DNA from: Eledone cirrhosa | Lineage: Eukaryota | NCBI GenBank assembly: GCA_964016885.1 | Contig: OZ024765.1 | Location: 15,190,001-15,254,000 of the forward strand | DNA length: 64,000 nucleotides | Direction: 5' to 3' | In this document: positions 24,548-40,499 of the stretch, piece after piece | Position numbering within the stretch: the first letter of the stretch is position 1 | How the letters are laid out: every line of letters begins with the position of its first letter | Position numbers and translations under genes: made by a program | The notes under the pieces: generated by a model | What the model was told of the DNA's origin: nothing | What the model saw: only the letters and a program-made list of their open reading frames with translations | Database searches by the model: none

Positions 24548-25620
24548 TAGAACACAGGAAGGTAATATCCGTAGTGGTGGAGCACTCAGTCCATGGGACA
24601 AGTTTGGTAGAAGTGGTAACACAACAGTTATTTCACCATACCGTGAACAATTGTTTCACCTTAGCGGATCCTCAGCTCGTAATAGTCAAGGTTATAGGAA
24701 TAGGAAGGACACCCATATGAACACGCATGCGCAGAAACAGTCACTTCACCCGGGAAATACAAAACTGCGGGCGAGAGGTGTAAGGAAGATAACTCCAAAA
24801 GTCTGAAAGGTTCTAGTTGATAAGAAAATTAGGATGTTGCTGTTATTCAATCCGGAGCTTTGTAGTTATGTAAGAGGTGTTTCCAGACGAGTGGACAACG
24901 TGTGAAGAATTTATTTCTTGAGTTTAGGCAATCGCTATTGCGTACTCTCTTTAGAATATTTATCCGTTCATCAATACATAGTCCATAAGACGGATTGCCC
25001 ATTGCGTATGGCTTGGACTTAGTGATGGCTTTCCATTGAATGGAGTAGTCTATACTTGAGTCCTTGAGGGAATATACGTGGCTCGCGAGTTTCGTGGATG
25101 ATCATTTGTCGACTGATGGTTCCGGAAGCAGTCCTTAAATCGGCCCTCCGCACATAGGATTTGACCTCCTGTGGTTGATTTGGTCGGTTGGTAGTGACCA
25201 CAGCTTCATAAAGTAGAGTGGGTGTGTTGCATTGCTGTTGAAGGGGACACTCTTCAGGCTTTCGGCAAGAGCACCCTGGTGGGGTGTTGCTCTTAGGGAT
25301 GTTGGTGATGTGGGCCTTCATATACTTAGCGCAGGAGTACCCTAGTTTTACCTTGTGTCTCTTAAAGATGGAGTGGTATTTGTGACCTATGGGAAAGTGT
25401 CTATCTAAGAGGGCTAACATTTTTTTCCTACATTGGTTATAATGTTGTGTGAGAAGGGAGGGGGAGAACCAGCTTTCTTTTCTTGTTGCTGTTAGTGGGA
25501 GATTAAGTCATAGGATGCGAGAAGCCGCTGTTAGCCAACGCCGTGTATAGTAGGGTGCCGCTCTGTCAAAGATAGCCTTACTAGAGGAGAGGTTAGTGAT
25601 TCTAGTACTCTATTATTTAC
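24545..25620 (-). mobile_element. Penelope-like element 3' remnant (linker, GIY-YIG endonuclease, 3' UTR/pLTR)
   Basis: Frameshifted translation WFSPPFSHN..TNVGKKMLALLDRHFP..KVKLGYSC..CSCRKPEECPLQQQC..LLYEAVV..SYV/FKDCFRNH/KLASHVYSLKD..YSIQWK..LCIDE..CLNSRNKFFTRC is typical of C-terminal PLE endonucleases. Confidence 0.85.
24638..24683 (-). ncRNA. Minimal hammerhead motif at the 3' end of the PLE remnant
   Basis: Minus strand ATTACGAG-CTGAGGA-TCC gctaa GGT-GAAAC AATT GTT|CACGG; palindromic loop III; stems I and II partly mismatched. Confidence 0.55.
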
Positions 25621-26002
25621 GAAGTTTCTAAAAACAGTGGGAGGGTGTTTTTGTAGTCCACACAGCCTCAAACTTATGTTCAGTAGTTGATGTTGATTGT
25701 AACCTTTTCTCTCTCTTCGAGTTGCTCACACCCATGTGCTTTGGGTTTTCCTCTTCGGTTTGTTGTTTCCCCGTTTTTTTTGCTGTTTTTTTTTTATTTT
25801 CGTATTTCTTCCCTTTTCCCTTCTCTTTGTATATTTTACTCTCTCTGCCTTTAGTTATTGACACACTGGGGTTATATATCTTGTCTTTAATGCGTAGAAA
25901 TATATATGATCCCCAGCAGACAACTGATGAAGGAAAATGTTCTCCTGTTCGTGCTTTCCTCTTATTTATAAGTACACCTTAACCAGCAACTACACAGCCC
26001 CT

Positions 26003-26153
<151 letters not shown>

Positions 26154-26177
26154 TACATACATATACATACACACATA

Positions 26178-26395
26178 GTGAGGCGTTTGGCTGAGTAGTT
26201 AGAGAATTGGATTCGCAATCGTAAGGTTGTGAGTTCGATTCCTGGACCAGGCGATGCGTTATGTCCTTGAGCAAGACACTTTATTTCACGTTGCTCCTTC
26301 TACCTGGAGTTGCGACCGATATATAGCATTAGCAATTGGAAAGACCAACGGAAACATTGTTCCCTCGGTCCGATTTGACGAAAGTCGATCGTTCC
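26178..26395 (+). mobile_element. SINE family 2
   Basis: Near-identical to 6025-6243. Confidence 0.85.
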
Positions 26396-26715
26396 TATAT
26401 ACATACACACACACAAACAGACATTTATAGACATTTTCAATGTTTCACACACACGTAAGTCAAATAATAAAGCACTATATAGTTGGACGCTCGGAATTCA
26501 GCAAAGATAAAGAGTGAAAGAAAGAAGAAAACCATATATCACATCCAAAGACCATAAAACCATTATGAGAACAGTCGTGAGTTAGAGTGACTAGAAGAAC
26601 TGAATGTAAATAAATACAATAAACAGGCAATAAAGAGACAAAACAGACACGAGTAACAACTGTAAACACAATCGATATAAACAAATAAACACCAAGGTAA
26701 AAACACACAGTGTGC

Positions 26716-29300
<2,585 letters not shown>

Positions 29301-29394
29301 CACTGATCAAAATGCTTTTTCCTCCCCGGATGTTACACTCTAATCGAACCCACACCGCCATTTTAAGGTACAAATCAATTTGAACACTTACCTC

Positions 29395-31450
29395 CATCAC
29401 CACCACCACCCACCCACCCCCGAATACAACGGATCTCCCCACCACCACCTCCACCGTCAACGCCAGCGACATTACACCATCATCAGCAACACTATCGCCC
29501 CCACTACTACGACAACGACACCGTCATCAGTAACGCCATCACCATCACCACCCATCGCACCCCACCGACTACAATTACACTACCACCACTACCAACACCA
29601 CCACTCCTATCAACACCACCATCCCCACACTACCAACTACAATTACACTACCACCCGAACAACATTACCACCACCACTACCCCCACCCCTACTATCAACA
29701 CCACCATCCCCATTACCAACTACAATTACACTACCACCCCCACAACATTACCGCCACCACCCCTACTATCAACACCACCATCCCCACTACCAACTACAAG
29801 CACAACAGTACCACCACCACTACCATCACCACTACTATCAACACCACCAACCCCACCACCACCACAACAACTATCACCACCTCGACCACCACCACTACTA
29901 TCACCACTCCCATCCCCACCACCACAACAACAACTACCACCACCTCTACCACCACCACTACTATCAACACCACCATCCCCACCAGCACAACACTACCACC
30001 ACCACTACTATCAACACTACCATCCCCACCACCACCACACCACAAGAACTACCACCACCTCTACCACCACCACTACTATCAACACCACCATCCCCACCAC
30101 CACTACAACAACTACGACATCACTACCACCACCACTACTATCAACACCACCAACCCCACCACCACCACAACAACTACGACATCACTACCACCACCACTAC
30201 TATCAACACTACCAACACCACTACTATCAACACTACCATCCCCACCCCCACCTCACCACAACAACTACCACCACCTCTACTATCAACACCACCATCCCCA
30301 CCACTACAACAACTACGACATCACTACCACCACCATTACTATCAACACTACCAACACCACTACTATCAACACCACCATCACCACCACAACAACAACTACC
30401 AACAACACCACCACCACAACTATCAACACCACCATCTCCACCACCAACTACAACCACAACACTACCACCACCAACTCTATCACCACCACCATCCCCACAA
30501 CCAACTACAACCACAAAACTACCACCACCAACTCTATCACCACCACCATCCCCACAACCAACTACAACCACAAAACTACCACCACCACCACCACTACTGT
30601 CAACACCACCATCCCCACCACCTCTACCGACAGAACACCCCCACCAGCTCTACCAACAACACCACTACCACTAACACCATCACCACCTCTACCAACACGA
30701 CCATCACCACCTCTACCACCAACACGACGACGACCACCACCACCACCCACCATACAACATGGCTAGCATTACAGTTCTACAGTCTCTCAAAGGACGTCCA
30801 AAGTCTTTACCTCTCTCTTTTTTCCTTAATGTTATTGTCATGGCTGTTGTTGTTGTTGTTTAGTGGTGGTGCTGGTGGTGGTGGTTGTGTTGTTGGTGGT
30901 GGTGCTGTTGTTGTTGTTGGTGGAAGTGGTGGTGTTGTTGTTGTTGTTTAGTGGTGGTGCTGGTGGAGGTGGTGATGGTGGTGGTTGTGTTGTTGGTGGT
31001 GTTGTTATTGTTGGTGGCGTTTTTAGTGTTTGTTTGTGGTGAAGATGGTGGTGTTGTTGTTGTTGGTGGTGGTGGTGGTGTCGGTTGTGGTGGTGCTGGT
31101 GGTGGTTGTGTTGTTGTTGTTGGTGGTGGTGCTGTTGTTGTTATTGTTGGTGGCGTGTTTAGTGTTTGTTCGTGGTGGAGATGGTGTTGTTGTTGGTGGT
31201 GGTGGTGTTGGTTGTAGTGGTGCTGGTGGTGGTTGTGTTGTTGTTGTTGGTGCTGTTGTTATTGTTTGTGGCGTTTTTAGTGTTTGTTTGTGGTGAAGAT
31301 GGTGGTGTTGTTGTTGTTGTTGTTGGTGGTGGTGGTGTCGGTTGTGGTGGTGGTGGTTCTGTTGTTGGTGTTGGGGTGTTGTCGATGGCGGCGGCGTCGA
31401 TGTTAGAGGTATTTTTCTTCCTGTTGTTATTATTAGTGTTGCTGCTGTTG
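29395..31450. repeat. CAC-rich tract followed by GGT/GTT-rich tract
   Basis: Polarity switches across a short unique spacer at ~30750-30845. Confidence 0.9.
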
Positions 31451-31454
31451 TTGA

Positions 31455-32122
31455 TTTGCAGTATCCGTAGAGAGTCAGACAACAATGCTTTGCGGCATAA
31501 AGTTACAGCGCTTTACGTAATGAGTTCAAATCCCGCCGAGGTTAACTTTCCCTTTCATCCTTACGGAACCGATAAAATAAAGTACCAGTAATGCACTAGG
31601 ATCGAATTAATCGACTTTCCCCTTCCCCACGCCCCAAATCGTTGGCCTTGTGTCTAAATAAATAACCATTCTTGGTGTTGTTCTTGCTGTCGTTAGAGTT
31701 TATCGTACTGTTATTATTATGTATCGGTAGATGGATTGGCTGGTGGATTGGCAGTATCGGTAGAGAGTCGGACGCCATGCTTTGCAGCACAGAGTTACGG
31801 CCCTTTGTGGTCTGGGTTCAAATCCTGTCGAAGGTTAACTTTGCTTTTCATCCTTACGGGGTCGATGAAATAAAGTACCAGTAATGCACTGGGGTAATGC
31901 CTGGCCTAGTGCCAAAAGTAGAAACAATTATTACGTATCGGGAGAGCGTCAGGCGCCATGTTTTGCAGCATAGAGTCATGCCCCTTTACAGTGTGTTAAA
32001 ATCCCGCCGAGGTTAGCTTTGCCTCTCATCCTTACGTATCGGGAGAGCGTCAGACGCCATGTTTTGCAGCACAGAGTTATGGCCCTTTACGTTCTGTGTT
32101 AAAATCGAGCCGAGGTTAGCTT
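31455..32122 (+). mobile_element. Cluster of SINE family 1 copies (2 full, 2 partial)
   Basis: Copies at ~31455-31660, 31740-31928, 31935-32035 and 32036-32122. Confidence 0.8.
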
Positions 32123-32979
32123 TGGTGTTGCTGTTATTGATGTTGTTGTTATTGTTGTTGTTGTTGTTGCAACTGTTGCTGTTATTGTTGTTGCTGTTGT
32201 TATTGTTGTTGTTGTTGCTGCTGTTGTTGCTGCTGTTGTTACTGTTGTTATTGTTGTTGTTGTTGCTGCTGTTGTTGTTGCTGTTGTTACTGTTGTTATT
32301 GTTGTTGTTGTTGCTGCTGTTGTTGTTGCTGTTGTTACTGTTGTTATTGTTGTTGTTGTTGCTGCTGTTGTTGTTGCTGTTGTTACTGTTGTTATTGTTG
32401 TTGTTGTTGCTGCTGTTGTTGTTGCTGTTGTTACTGTTGTTATTGTTGTTGTTGTTGCTGCTGTTGTTGTTGCTGTTGTTACTGTTGTTATTGTTGTTGT
32501 TGTTGCTGCTGTTGTTGTTGCTGTTGCTACTGTTGTTAGTGTTGTTGTTGTTACTGTTGTTGTTGTTGTTGTTACTGCTGTTGTTGTTGTTACTGTTGTT
32601 GTTGTTGTTGTTGTTATTGTTGTTGCTGTTGCTACTGTTGTTAGTGTTGTTGTTGTTACTGCTGTTGTTGTTGTTACTGTTGTTGTTGTTGTTGTTATTG
32701 TTGTTGCTGTTGCTACTGTTGTTAGTGTTGTTGTTGTTACTGTTGTTGTTGTTGTTGTTATTGTTGTTGCTGTTGCTACTGTTGTTAGTGTTGTTGTTGT
32801 TACTGTTGTTGTTGTAGATGTTGCAAGCTTATTGTTATGTTACTTTATTTATGTAGAACAATATTGTGTTATTATTGTTGCTGGTGTTATTGATATAGAT
32901 GTTGTTGCTGCTGCTGTTGTTGTTACTGCTGTTGTTGTTGCTGTTGTTATTGTTGTTGTTGTTGCTGCTGTTGTTGTTA

Positions 32980-33011
<32 letters not shown>

Positions 33012-33055
33012 ACTGCTGTTGTTACTTTTGTTACTGCTGCTGTTGTTACTGCTGC

Positions 33056-33087
<32 letters not shown>

Positions 33088-33552
33088 TTACTGCTGTTGT
33101 TGCTGCTGCTACTGCTGTTACTGTTGTTGTTGTTACTGCTGTTGTTGTTGCTGCGGTTGTGTTACTGCTGCTGTTGTTGTTACTGCTGTTGTTGTTACTT
33201 TTGTTACTGCTGCTGTTGTTGTTGTTACTGCTGCTGCTGCTGTTGTTGTTGTTACTGCTGCTGTTGTTGTTGTTACTGCTGCTGTTGTTGTTACTGCTGC
33301 TGTTGTTGTTGTTGTTACTGCTGCTGCTGTTGTTGTTACTGCTGCTGCTGTTGTTGTTACTGCTGCTGTTGTTGTTACTGCTGCTGCTGTTGTTGTTGTT
33401 ACTGCTGCTGCTGTTGTTGTTACTGCTGCTGCTGTTGTTGTTACTGCTGCTGCTGTTGTTACTGCTGCTGCTGCTGTTGTTGTTACTGCTGCTGTTGTTG
33501 TTGTTACTGCTGCTGCTGCTGTTGTTGTTGTTACTGCTGCTGTTGTTGTTAC

Positions 33553-33583
<31 letters not shown>

Positions 33584-34360
33584 ACTGCTGCTGCTGTTGT
33601 TGTTGTTACTGCTGCTGTTGTTGTTACTGTTGTTGTTACTGCTGCTGTTGTTGTTGCTGCTGTTGTTACTGCTGCTGCTGTTGTTGTTACTGTTGTTGTT
33701 GTTACTGCTGCTGTTGTTACTGCTGCTGCTGTTGTTACTGCTGCTGTTGTTGTTACTGCTGCTGTTGTTACTGCTGCTGCTGTGTTACTGTTGCTGTTGT
33801 CGTTACTGCTGTTGTTGTTACTGCTGTTGTTACTGCTGCTGTTGTTGTTGTTGTTTCTGTTGTTGTTGCTATAGGAACACATGCTGTTCTTCTTGCTATT
33901 ATTGCAGGTTAATTGGTACAATTCTTTTATTTATGTAAAACTACAGTGTGTAGCTGGTGATATTGTTGTTGTTATTACTGGCAATATTGTTGTTGTCGCT
34001 GTTGTTGTTACTGTTATTGTTGTTGTTGTTGTTGCTACTGGCAATGTTGTTGTTGTAGCTGTTGTTGTTACTGTTATTGTTGTTGTTGTTGTTATTACTG
34101 GCAATGTTGCTGTTGCTGTTACTCTTGTTACTGTTGATAGCCATGTTGTCTTTCTTTGTCTCATTATTCTTGTTGTTGTTACTGCTGCTGTTGTTGTTAC
34201 TGTTATTGTTGTTACTGCTGCTGCTGTTGTTGTTACTGCTGCTGCTGTTGTTGTTACTGCTGCTGTTGTTGTTGTTACTGCTGCTGTTGTTGTTGTTGTT
34301 ACTGCTGCTGTTGCTGTTGTTGTTACTGCTGCTGTTGTTGTTGATGACCATGTTGTTGTC
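32123..34360. repeat. (GTT/GCT/ACT)n trinucleotide tract
   Basis: Direct inspection. Confidence 0.95.
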
Positions 34361-34364
34361 TTCC

Positions 34365-34554
34365 TGATGGACCATAACGCACCAAAGTACACAATACTTA
34401 GGGTAGTAGAGTGGGTAGTAGGAACGAGTAGGACCCCGACGGCTGAGCTCAAGCCGTTTCGACGGCTAATTCTGGACTAATTTCGACGGCTAATTGTGTC
34501 CAGAATTAGCCGTCGAAACGGCTTGAGCTCAGCCGTCGGGGTCCTACTCGTTCC

Positions 34555-34556
<2 letters not shown>
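34365..34556. mobile_element. Family C fold-back island
   Basis: TAGGAACGAGTAGGACCCCGACGGCTGAGCTCAAGCCGTTTCGACGGCTAATTCTGGAC (34419-34477) is perfectly inverted at 34498-34556. Confidence 0.7.
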
Positions 34557-34633
<77 letters not shown>

Positions 34634-34765
34634 GTATGTATGTCTGTGTGAGTGAGTGTATATGTGAATATATGTCTGTGTGTGTGTGCGCGCGTATATG
34701 TGTGTGTGTGAGTGTATGTATATATATATGTGTGTGTGTGTGAGTTAGTGAATGTATGATTGTAA

Positions 34766-34797
<32 letters not shown>

Positions 34798-34880
34798 GTC
34801 TGTATGTCTGTGTGAGTGAGTGTATATGTGTGAATATATGTCTGTGTGTGAGTGTGCGCGTATATGTGTGTGTGTGAGTG

Positions 34881-34920
<40 letters not shown>

Positions 34921-34943
34921 AGTTAGTGAATGTATGATTGTAA

Positions 34944-34990
<47 letters not shown>

Positions 34991-35204
34991 TGTATGTCTG
35001 TGTGAGTGAGTGTATATGTGTGAATATATGTCTGTGTGTGTGTGTGCGCGTATATGTGTGTGTGTGTGTACGTGTGTTAGCTCTGATCTCGTTTTTATTA
35101 AATGTAATGATATAAACAAGACAAACCTTGACGAACTGATGACGGCAACCATGGTAACTAATACACACGCACCTACACACACACACGTATATATATATAG
35201 AGAG

Positions 35205-35870
35205 AGAGGATGGATGGCGGGGTGAGAGAGACAGGAATTGATAGGGAGAGAGAGATAGAGGGAGAGGAGGGATGAGGGGGTGAGAGAGACAGGAATTGAT
35301 AGGGAGAGAGAGATAGAGGGAGAGAGAGAGAGATGGGATGAGGGAGTGAGAGACAGGAATTGATAGGGAGAGAGAGAGAGAGGAGGGGTGAGAGAGACAG
35401 GAATTGATAGGGAGAGAGAGGAGGGATGAGGGGGTGAGAGAGACAGGAATTGATAGGGAGAGAGAGATAGAGGGAGAGAGAGGGGAGGGATGAGGGGGTG
35501 AGAGCGACAGGAATTGATAGGGAGAGACAGATAGAGGGAGAGAGAGAGGAGGGATGAGGGGGTGAGAGAGACAGGAATTGATAGGGAGAGAGAGATAGAG
35601 GGAGAGAGAGAGACAGGAATTGATAGGGAGAGAGAGATAGGGAGAGAGAGATAGAGGGAGAGAGAGAGAGAGAGAGATAGAGGGAGAGAGAGAGACAGGA
35701 ATTGATAGGGAGAGAGAGATAGGGAGAGAGAGATAGAGAGAGAGAGAGATAGAGGGAGAGAGAGAGACAGGAATTGATAGGGAGAGAGAGATAGGGAGAG
35801 AGAGATAGAGGGAGAGAGAGAGAGATAGAGGGAGAGAGAGAGACAGGAATTGATAGGGAGAGAGAGAGAG
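35205..35870. repeat. Purine-rich minisatellite GAGAGACAGGAATTGATAGG(GA)n
   Basis: About 11 copies. Confidence 0.9.
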
Positions 35871-35964
35871 GTAGGCATGCAGGCAAGTAGAAATAAGGAT
35901 AGATAGATATATAGATAGCTAGATAGATATATTAGGTAGATAGAGAGATAGATATATTTCATTA

Positions 35965-36070
35965 TCCCGCCGAGGTTAAATTTGCCATTCATCCTTACGA
36001 GGTCGATAAAGTAAAGTACCAGTAATGCACTGGGTTATTGCTGGCCTTGTGCCTAAAATAGGAACAATTA
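35965..36070 (+). mobile_element. SINE family 1, 3' part
   Basis: Core and tail present. Confidence 0.75.
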
Positions 36071-36825
36071 TTTGCTACAAGGGCGCAAAAGAAAAGGGGA
36101 CACTACGAAGACATATGGCGGAGATTTTACATACAGTCGTGTAAAAAATGTTAACATAAAAATTCAACAAACGAAATCCCCTATAAGGGTGAGGTGTTAC
36201 AAATGGGTTGTTTTATACCCCGTAGATAGAACACGCCTCAACTCCAGGAGCATGTTGTGCAAGTGCTTCTTTCTTCCTTTACAAACTTAGTATACCTGCG
36301 GAGCATTAGAATTTTTAACTATCAGGGTATAAATTGACAATATACACATTTTAGAGAAAGTTAGATAAATATTAACATGCACATTTAACATCGTTGTATT
36401 TGAAATTACATTATCCACAAACAGGGCGACATTTCGTTACATGTACAATAGAGTACCTCTTAAATAGAGATAAGGAAAGTCCATAAAACGATAAAACAAT
36501 ACACTCCTGTGACTTCGCCAAAAATGTGGACATTATCCCGGAGAACCAAGTCTGATACAACAGAGATAAATATTATACCATAATTGTGAAATATTTAAGG
36601 AAATATTACATCATATCAATGAAGGTTTTTCCAGAAGGAAGATATTGAATATAATAATATCACAGAGTTATCCAACAATATTTGAAGATTGAAAGAATGG
36701 AAAATTTAATTCGATATCCACGGTAAAATAGATGAGACATGAAAAGTCGTATATAAACAGAATAAAAACCTGCCGATAATAAAGTACTGAAAATAATGTC
36801 ATTCAAGCGATACTTGCTGAAATAT

Positions 36826-36912
36826 AATTGTTTCTACTTTTTTGGCACAAGGCCAGCATTTACCCACTACATTACTGGTACTTTATTTTATTCACCCCGT
36901 AAGGATGAAAAT
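36826..36912 (-). mobile_element. SINE family 1, 3' part
   Basis: Tail and part of core. Confidence 0.7.
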
Positions 36913-37169
36913 TGAAGGTGGAAAAATGGGAGAGGGCACTTGCCCTGGTGGTCAGGGTCACCGTGGCTTTTTTAATGGGCTTTCACCACGAATGTCTCCC
37001 GGAAGTCGCTCCCCTATTGGGGAAATTTCCTTTGTTTTTTTTTGTCATTTCCTTTGTTATTATTTTTTTTTTTTACACGCAGAAATGCCCATTTGTACCG
37101 TCCTGTACCGTCCTTAATGTTATACGTTATATCAACCCTTGTGGTTAATAAAGAACACATTATTATTAA

Positions 37170-37385
37170 GGGCGCTGGATTGGGAGTATCGGTAGAGGGT
37201 CTGACGGCATGCTTTGCAGCATAGAGTTACGTCCCTTTACGGTCTGAGTGCAAATGCCGCCGAGGTTAACTTTGACTTTCATCATTAAGAGGTCGATAAA
37301 ATAAAGTACGAGTCACGCACTGGGGTCGATTTAATCGACTTTCACCTCTCCCAAATTACTGGCCTTGTGCCTATATAAGAAACCA
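37170..37385 (+). mobile_element. SINE family 1 (long-tail variant)
   Basis: Head and core plus an extra GGGGTCGATTTAATCGACTTTC segment. Confidence 0.8.
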
Positions 37386-37549
37386 TTATTATTAGTATCA
37401 TCACCATCATCATTATTATCACCATATTATTTTCCAACTCATGTTTTATTTAAATTTTGTTTCCACTAAGACCGATGTAAAACTTGATTTAAAACTTCAA
37501 TTATTAACTTTACTGACAATGATTGTATTTATTATTTATTATATGTAAA

Positions 37550-37962
37550 GGGCGGTGGATTGGCAGTATCGGTAGAGGGTCGGACCCCATGCTAGGGCGG
37601 TGGATTGGCAGTATCGGTAGAGGGTCAGACGCCATGCTAGGGTGGTGGATTGGCAGTATCGGTAGAGGGTCGGACGCCATGCTAGGGTGGTGGATTGGCA
37701 GTATCGGTAGAGGGTCGGACCCCGTGCTAGGGTGGTGGATTGGCAGTATCGGTAGAGGGTCGGACCCCATGCTAGGGTGGTGGATTGGCAGTATCGGTAG
37801 AGGGTCGGACGCCATGCTTTCCAGCATAGTTACGTCCCTTTACGATCTGAGTTCAAATCCCGCTGAGTTTGACTTTGCCTTTCATCCTTACGGGGTAGAT
37901 AAAATAAAGTACCAGTAATGCACTGGTTAATTGCTGGCCTTGTGCCTAAAGTAGAAACAATT
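37550..37962 (+). mobile_element. SINE family 1 with six tandem 45-bp head repeats
   Basis: GGGCGGTGGATTGGCAGTATCGGTAGAGGGTCGGACGCCATGCTA at 37550, 37595, 37640, 37685, 37730 and 37775; the last runs into the full SINE body. Confidence 0.9.
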
Positions 37963-37984
37963 ATTTATTATATGTATATGGATC

Positions 37985-38950
37985 ACTAATATCGTCTTCA
38001 GTTCCGAACAGAATACTCTATATATATTTGGACAAATGTATATATCTAGTATAATAACATGCTTCTAGCTATATTTATAAGTACTTTAGATACTTAAGGA
38101 CATGCTAGTGTTATAATTGTTAAATATTTTCTAAATTATATAACGATTATTATTGTTTAATTTAATTAAATTCGGGTTACCTTCGGGTCGATGAGAATCT
38201 TAAGTTTTATCTTTCTCATGTTTGCAGACATTTTAAATATAATATTATACTACAATATAGATCCTTAAAAAAGTTTTTATTGTATTTTTAAATTATATAG
38301 CTTAGATATTTGGCACTTTTATTATCGCAAAACATTTACTTTTTTACTTTGAATCTGGTTCTTATCCTTATGATTCATGAAGTTGGATTTTTTATATTTA
38401 TAGTATATATGTATTACATGATACTAATATAATAATTGATCTAAAACCTTAATTTTTTAACAATATTAACAGTAACTTATTTATTATATTATATATTATG
38501 TTATGTATAACTGAGTAATATCGTCTTGAACTTTAGACAATATACTCTTTGTATATATTTAGACAAATGCATATATCTAATTTAATAATACACTTTTTTA
38601 AGTTTAATTATAAGGCCTTTAGATATTTAAGGCATTCTAATTGTTAATTTAAAATTTTTAAAGTTATAACTGTAATTATTTTCTAAATTATATAATGTGA
38701 ATTATTTCAATAAAAAAAACGTTTTTTTTTTTTTTTTAAATATAATATAAGATAATATAATTTAATATGGATTACCTTCGAGAGGATGAAAATATTAATT
38801 CTTCTTTCTCATGTTTACTTTAAATATGATTTTATAAATTATATATGATAGTATACTTTATTATTAATATAGATATTTATAAACTTTCATAGCCTGAAAT
38901 ATTATACATTTTGATTAATTCATTATATCTGAACTAACATATATGATTTG
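37985..38950. repeat. Diverged ~530-bp tandem duplication, very AT-rich
   Basis: Collinear shared blocks TAATATCGTCTT (37987, 38516), GACAAATG.ATATATCTA, TTTTCTAAATTATATAA, TTACCTTCG and TCTTTCTCATGTTT. Confidence 0.7.
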
Positions 38951-39577
38951 AAATTTAACGGTCAGCCGGGTACGTTGGGATATATATAGTGTATATAATT
39001 AATTGTTAGTATATTTCTAATTAACTAAGGACTCGAAATTAAACCCTCATATAATTACACCCAGATATATTTAATATTTAGATTGATTGGTACTTCTAGA
39101 TAATTCAATAATTCAAAGATTCGAGTTTACTCTTTCACAAAGCTATGCCTAAATGTATATTCATGTGTTTGTATAGATATATATAATTGTTGCATTATCT
39201 AATCACACCCTACTCATCCACGACAATACAAACCTCCCTCCCTATGCTTTATACTATAACAATTGTTCCACCTTGTCTCTCTATCCTTGATCAATTCTCT
39301 TTTGCTTTCTATACTTCTAGTAACTATATTTTCTCCTCATCTATTTCTCTCTGTCTTTCTTCTTTCTTCAATAATTTAAATTATTTGAATCTCTAACAGT
39401 TATGTAAATTGCTATTATGTATTTTTAAGCTTTCTCACACGCACCCTCTGTATTATATGTACATTTTTTCATGTCTCAATCTTAAGGTATATAAATATTG
39501 AGTTTTGTCATATCCTATTCACGACCATGACAGAATCTTAACCATATACTATGCCAGGGTATGTCATGCATCATCTT

Positions 39578-39642
39578 ATTTTATCTGATGAGGACGTACT
39601 GTTGAAGTTAGCTCAGTACCTATGAAATATGTATAATAAAAT
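39578..39642 (+). ncRNA. Type I hammerhead ribozyme motif (family A)
   Basis: ATTTTAT-CTGATGA-GGAC GTACTG..CAGTAC CTAT-GAAAT ATGT ATA|ATAAAAT; one mismatch in the base of stem II. Confidence 0.75.
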
Positions 39643-39805
39643 ATGCTTGATCACACGATTGTCTATTTTTGTTAATATTTTGAATTAATATTAATAATTC
39701 CGGAAAACCAAAACTGTTGAGTAATTCCAATCTATTGTAAAACTCATTCTTTGATTTATTCATTGAAACTTGTTTAATCTTTAAATATATATATATATAT
39801 ACATT

Positions 39806-39853
<48 letters not shown>

Positions 39854-39914
39854 CATTTACATATATATATATATATATATATACATATATATACATACAT
39901 TTACATATATATAT

Positions 39915-39945
<31 letters not shown>

Positions 39946-39990
39946 CATACATTTACATATATACATATATATATATATACATACATTTAC

Positions 39991-40021
<31 letters not shown>

Positions 40022-40082
40022 CATACATTTACATATATATATATATATATACATACATTTACATATATATATACATACATTT

Positions 40083-40119
<37 letters not shown>

Positions 40120-40273
40120 CATTTACATATATATACATACATTTACATATATATATATATATACATATATATGTATATATACATATGTATATATACATAT
40201 ATATGTATATATACATATATATGTATATATACATATATATGTATATACATATATATGCATTTACATATATAGA

Positions 40274-40312
<39 letters not shown>

Positions 40313-40499
40313 GCATTTACACACATCCCCACATATATACATGCATATACATTATTACGTATACTTGCATATACATATATACATATATTTGAACATACAT
40401 ACATACATACATACATACATACATACATACAAATATATATATGTATATATATATTAAAATACAAATATTAATAAAATAGATGTTCTTTTGATCAATTAC

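Noticed and set aside
25924-25965. CTGATGA-AGG..CCT as a hammerhead
   Set aside because: No GAAA or NUH follows the stem
36937-37030. U1 snRNA-like start (CACTTGCCCTGG...)
   Set aside because: Similarity limited to a few bases; no loop II or Sm site
37975-39180. Nuclear mitochondrial insertion (NUMT)
   Set aside because: AT-rich, but I could not recognise any mitochondrial rRNA, tRNA or protein motif; BLAST needed to exclude fully
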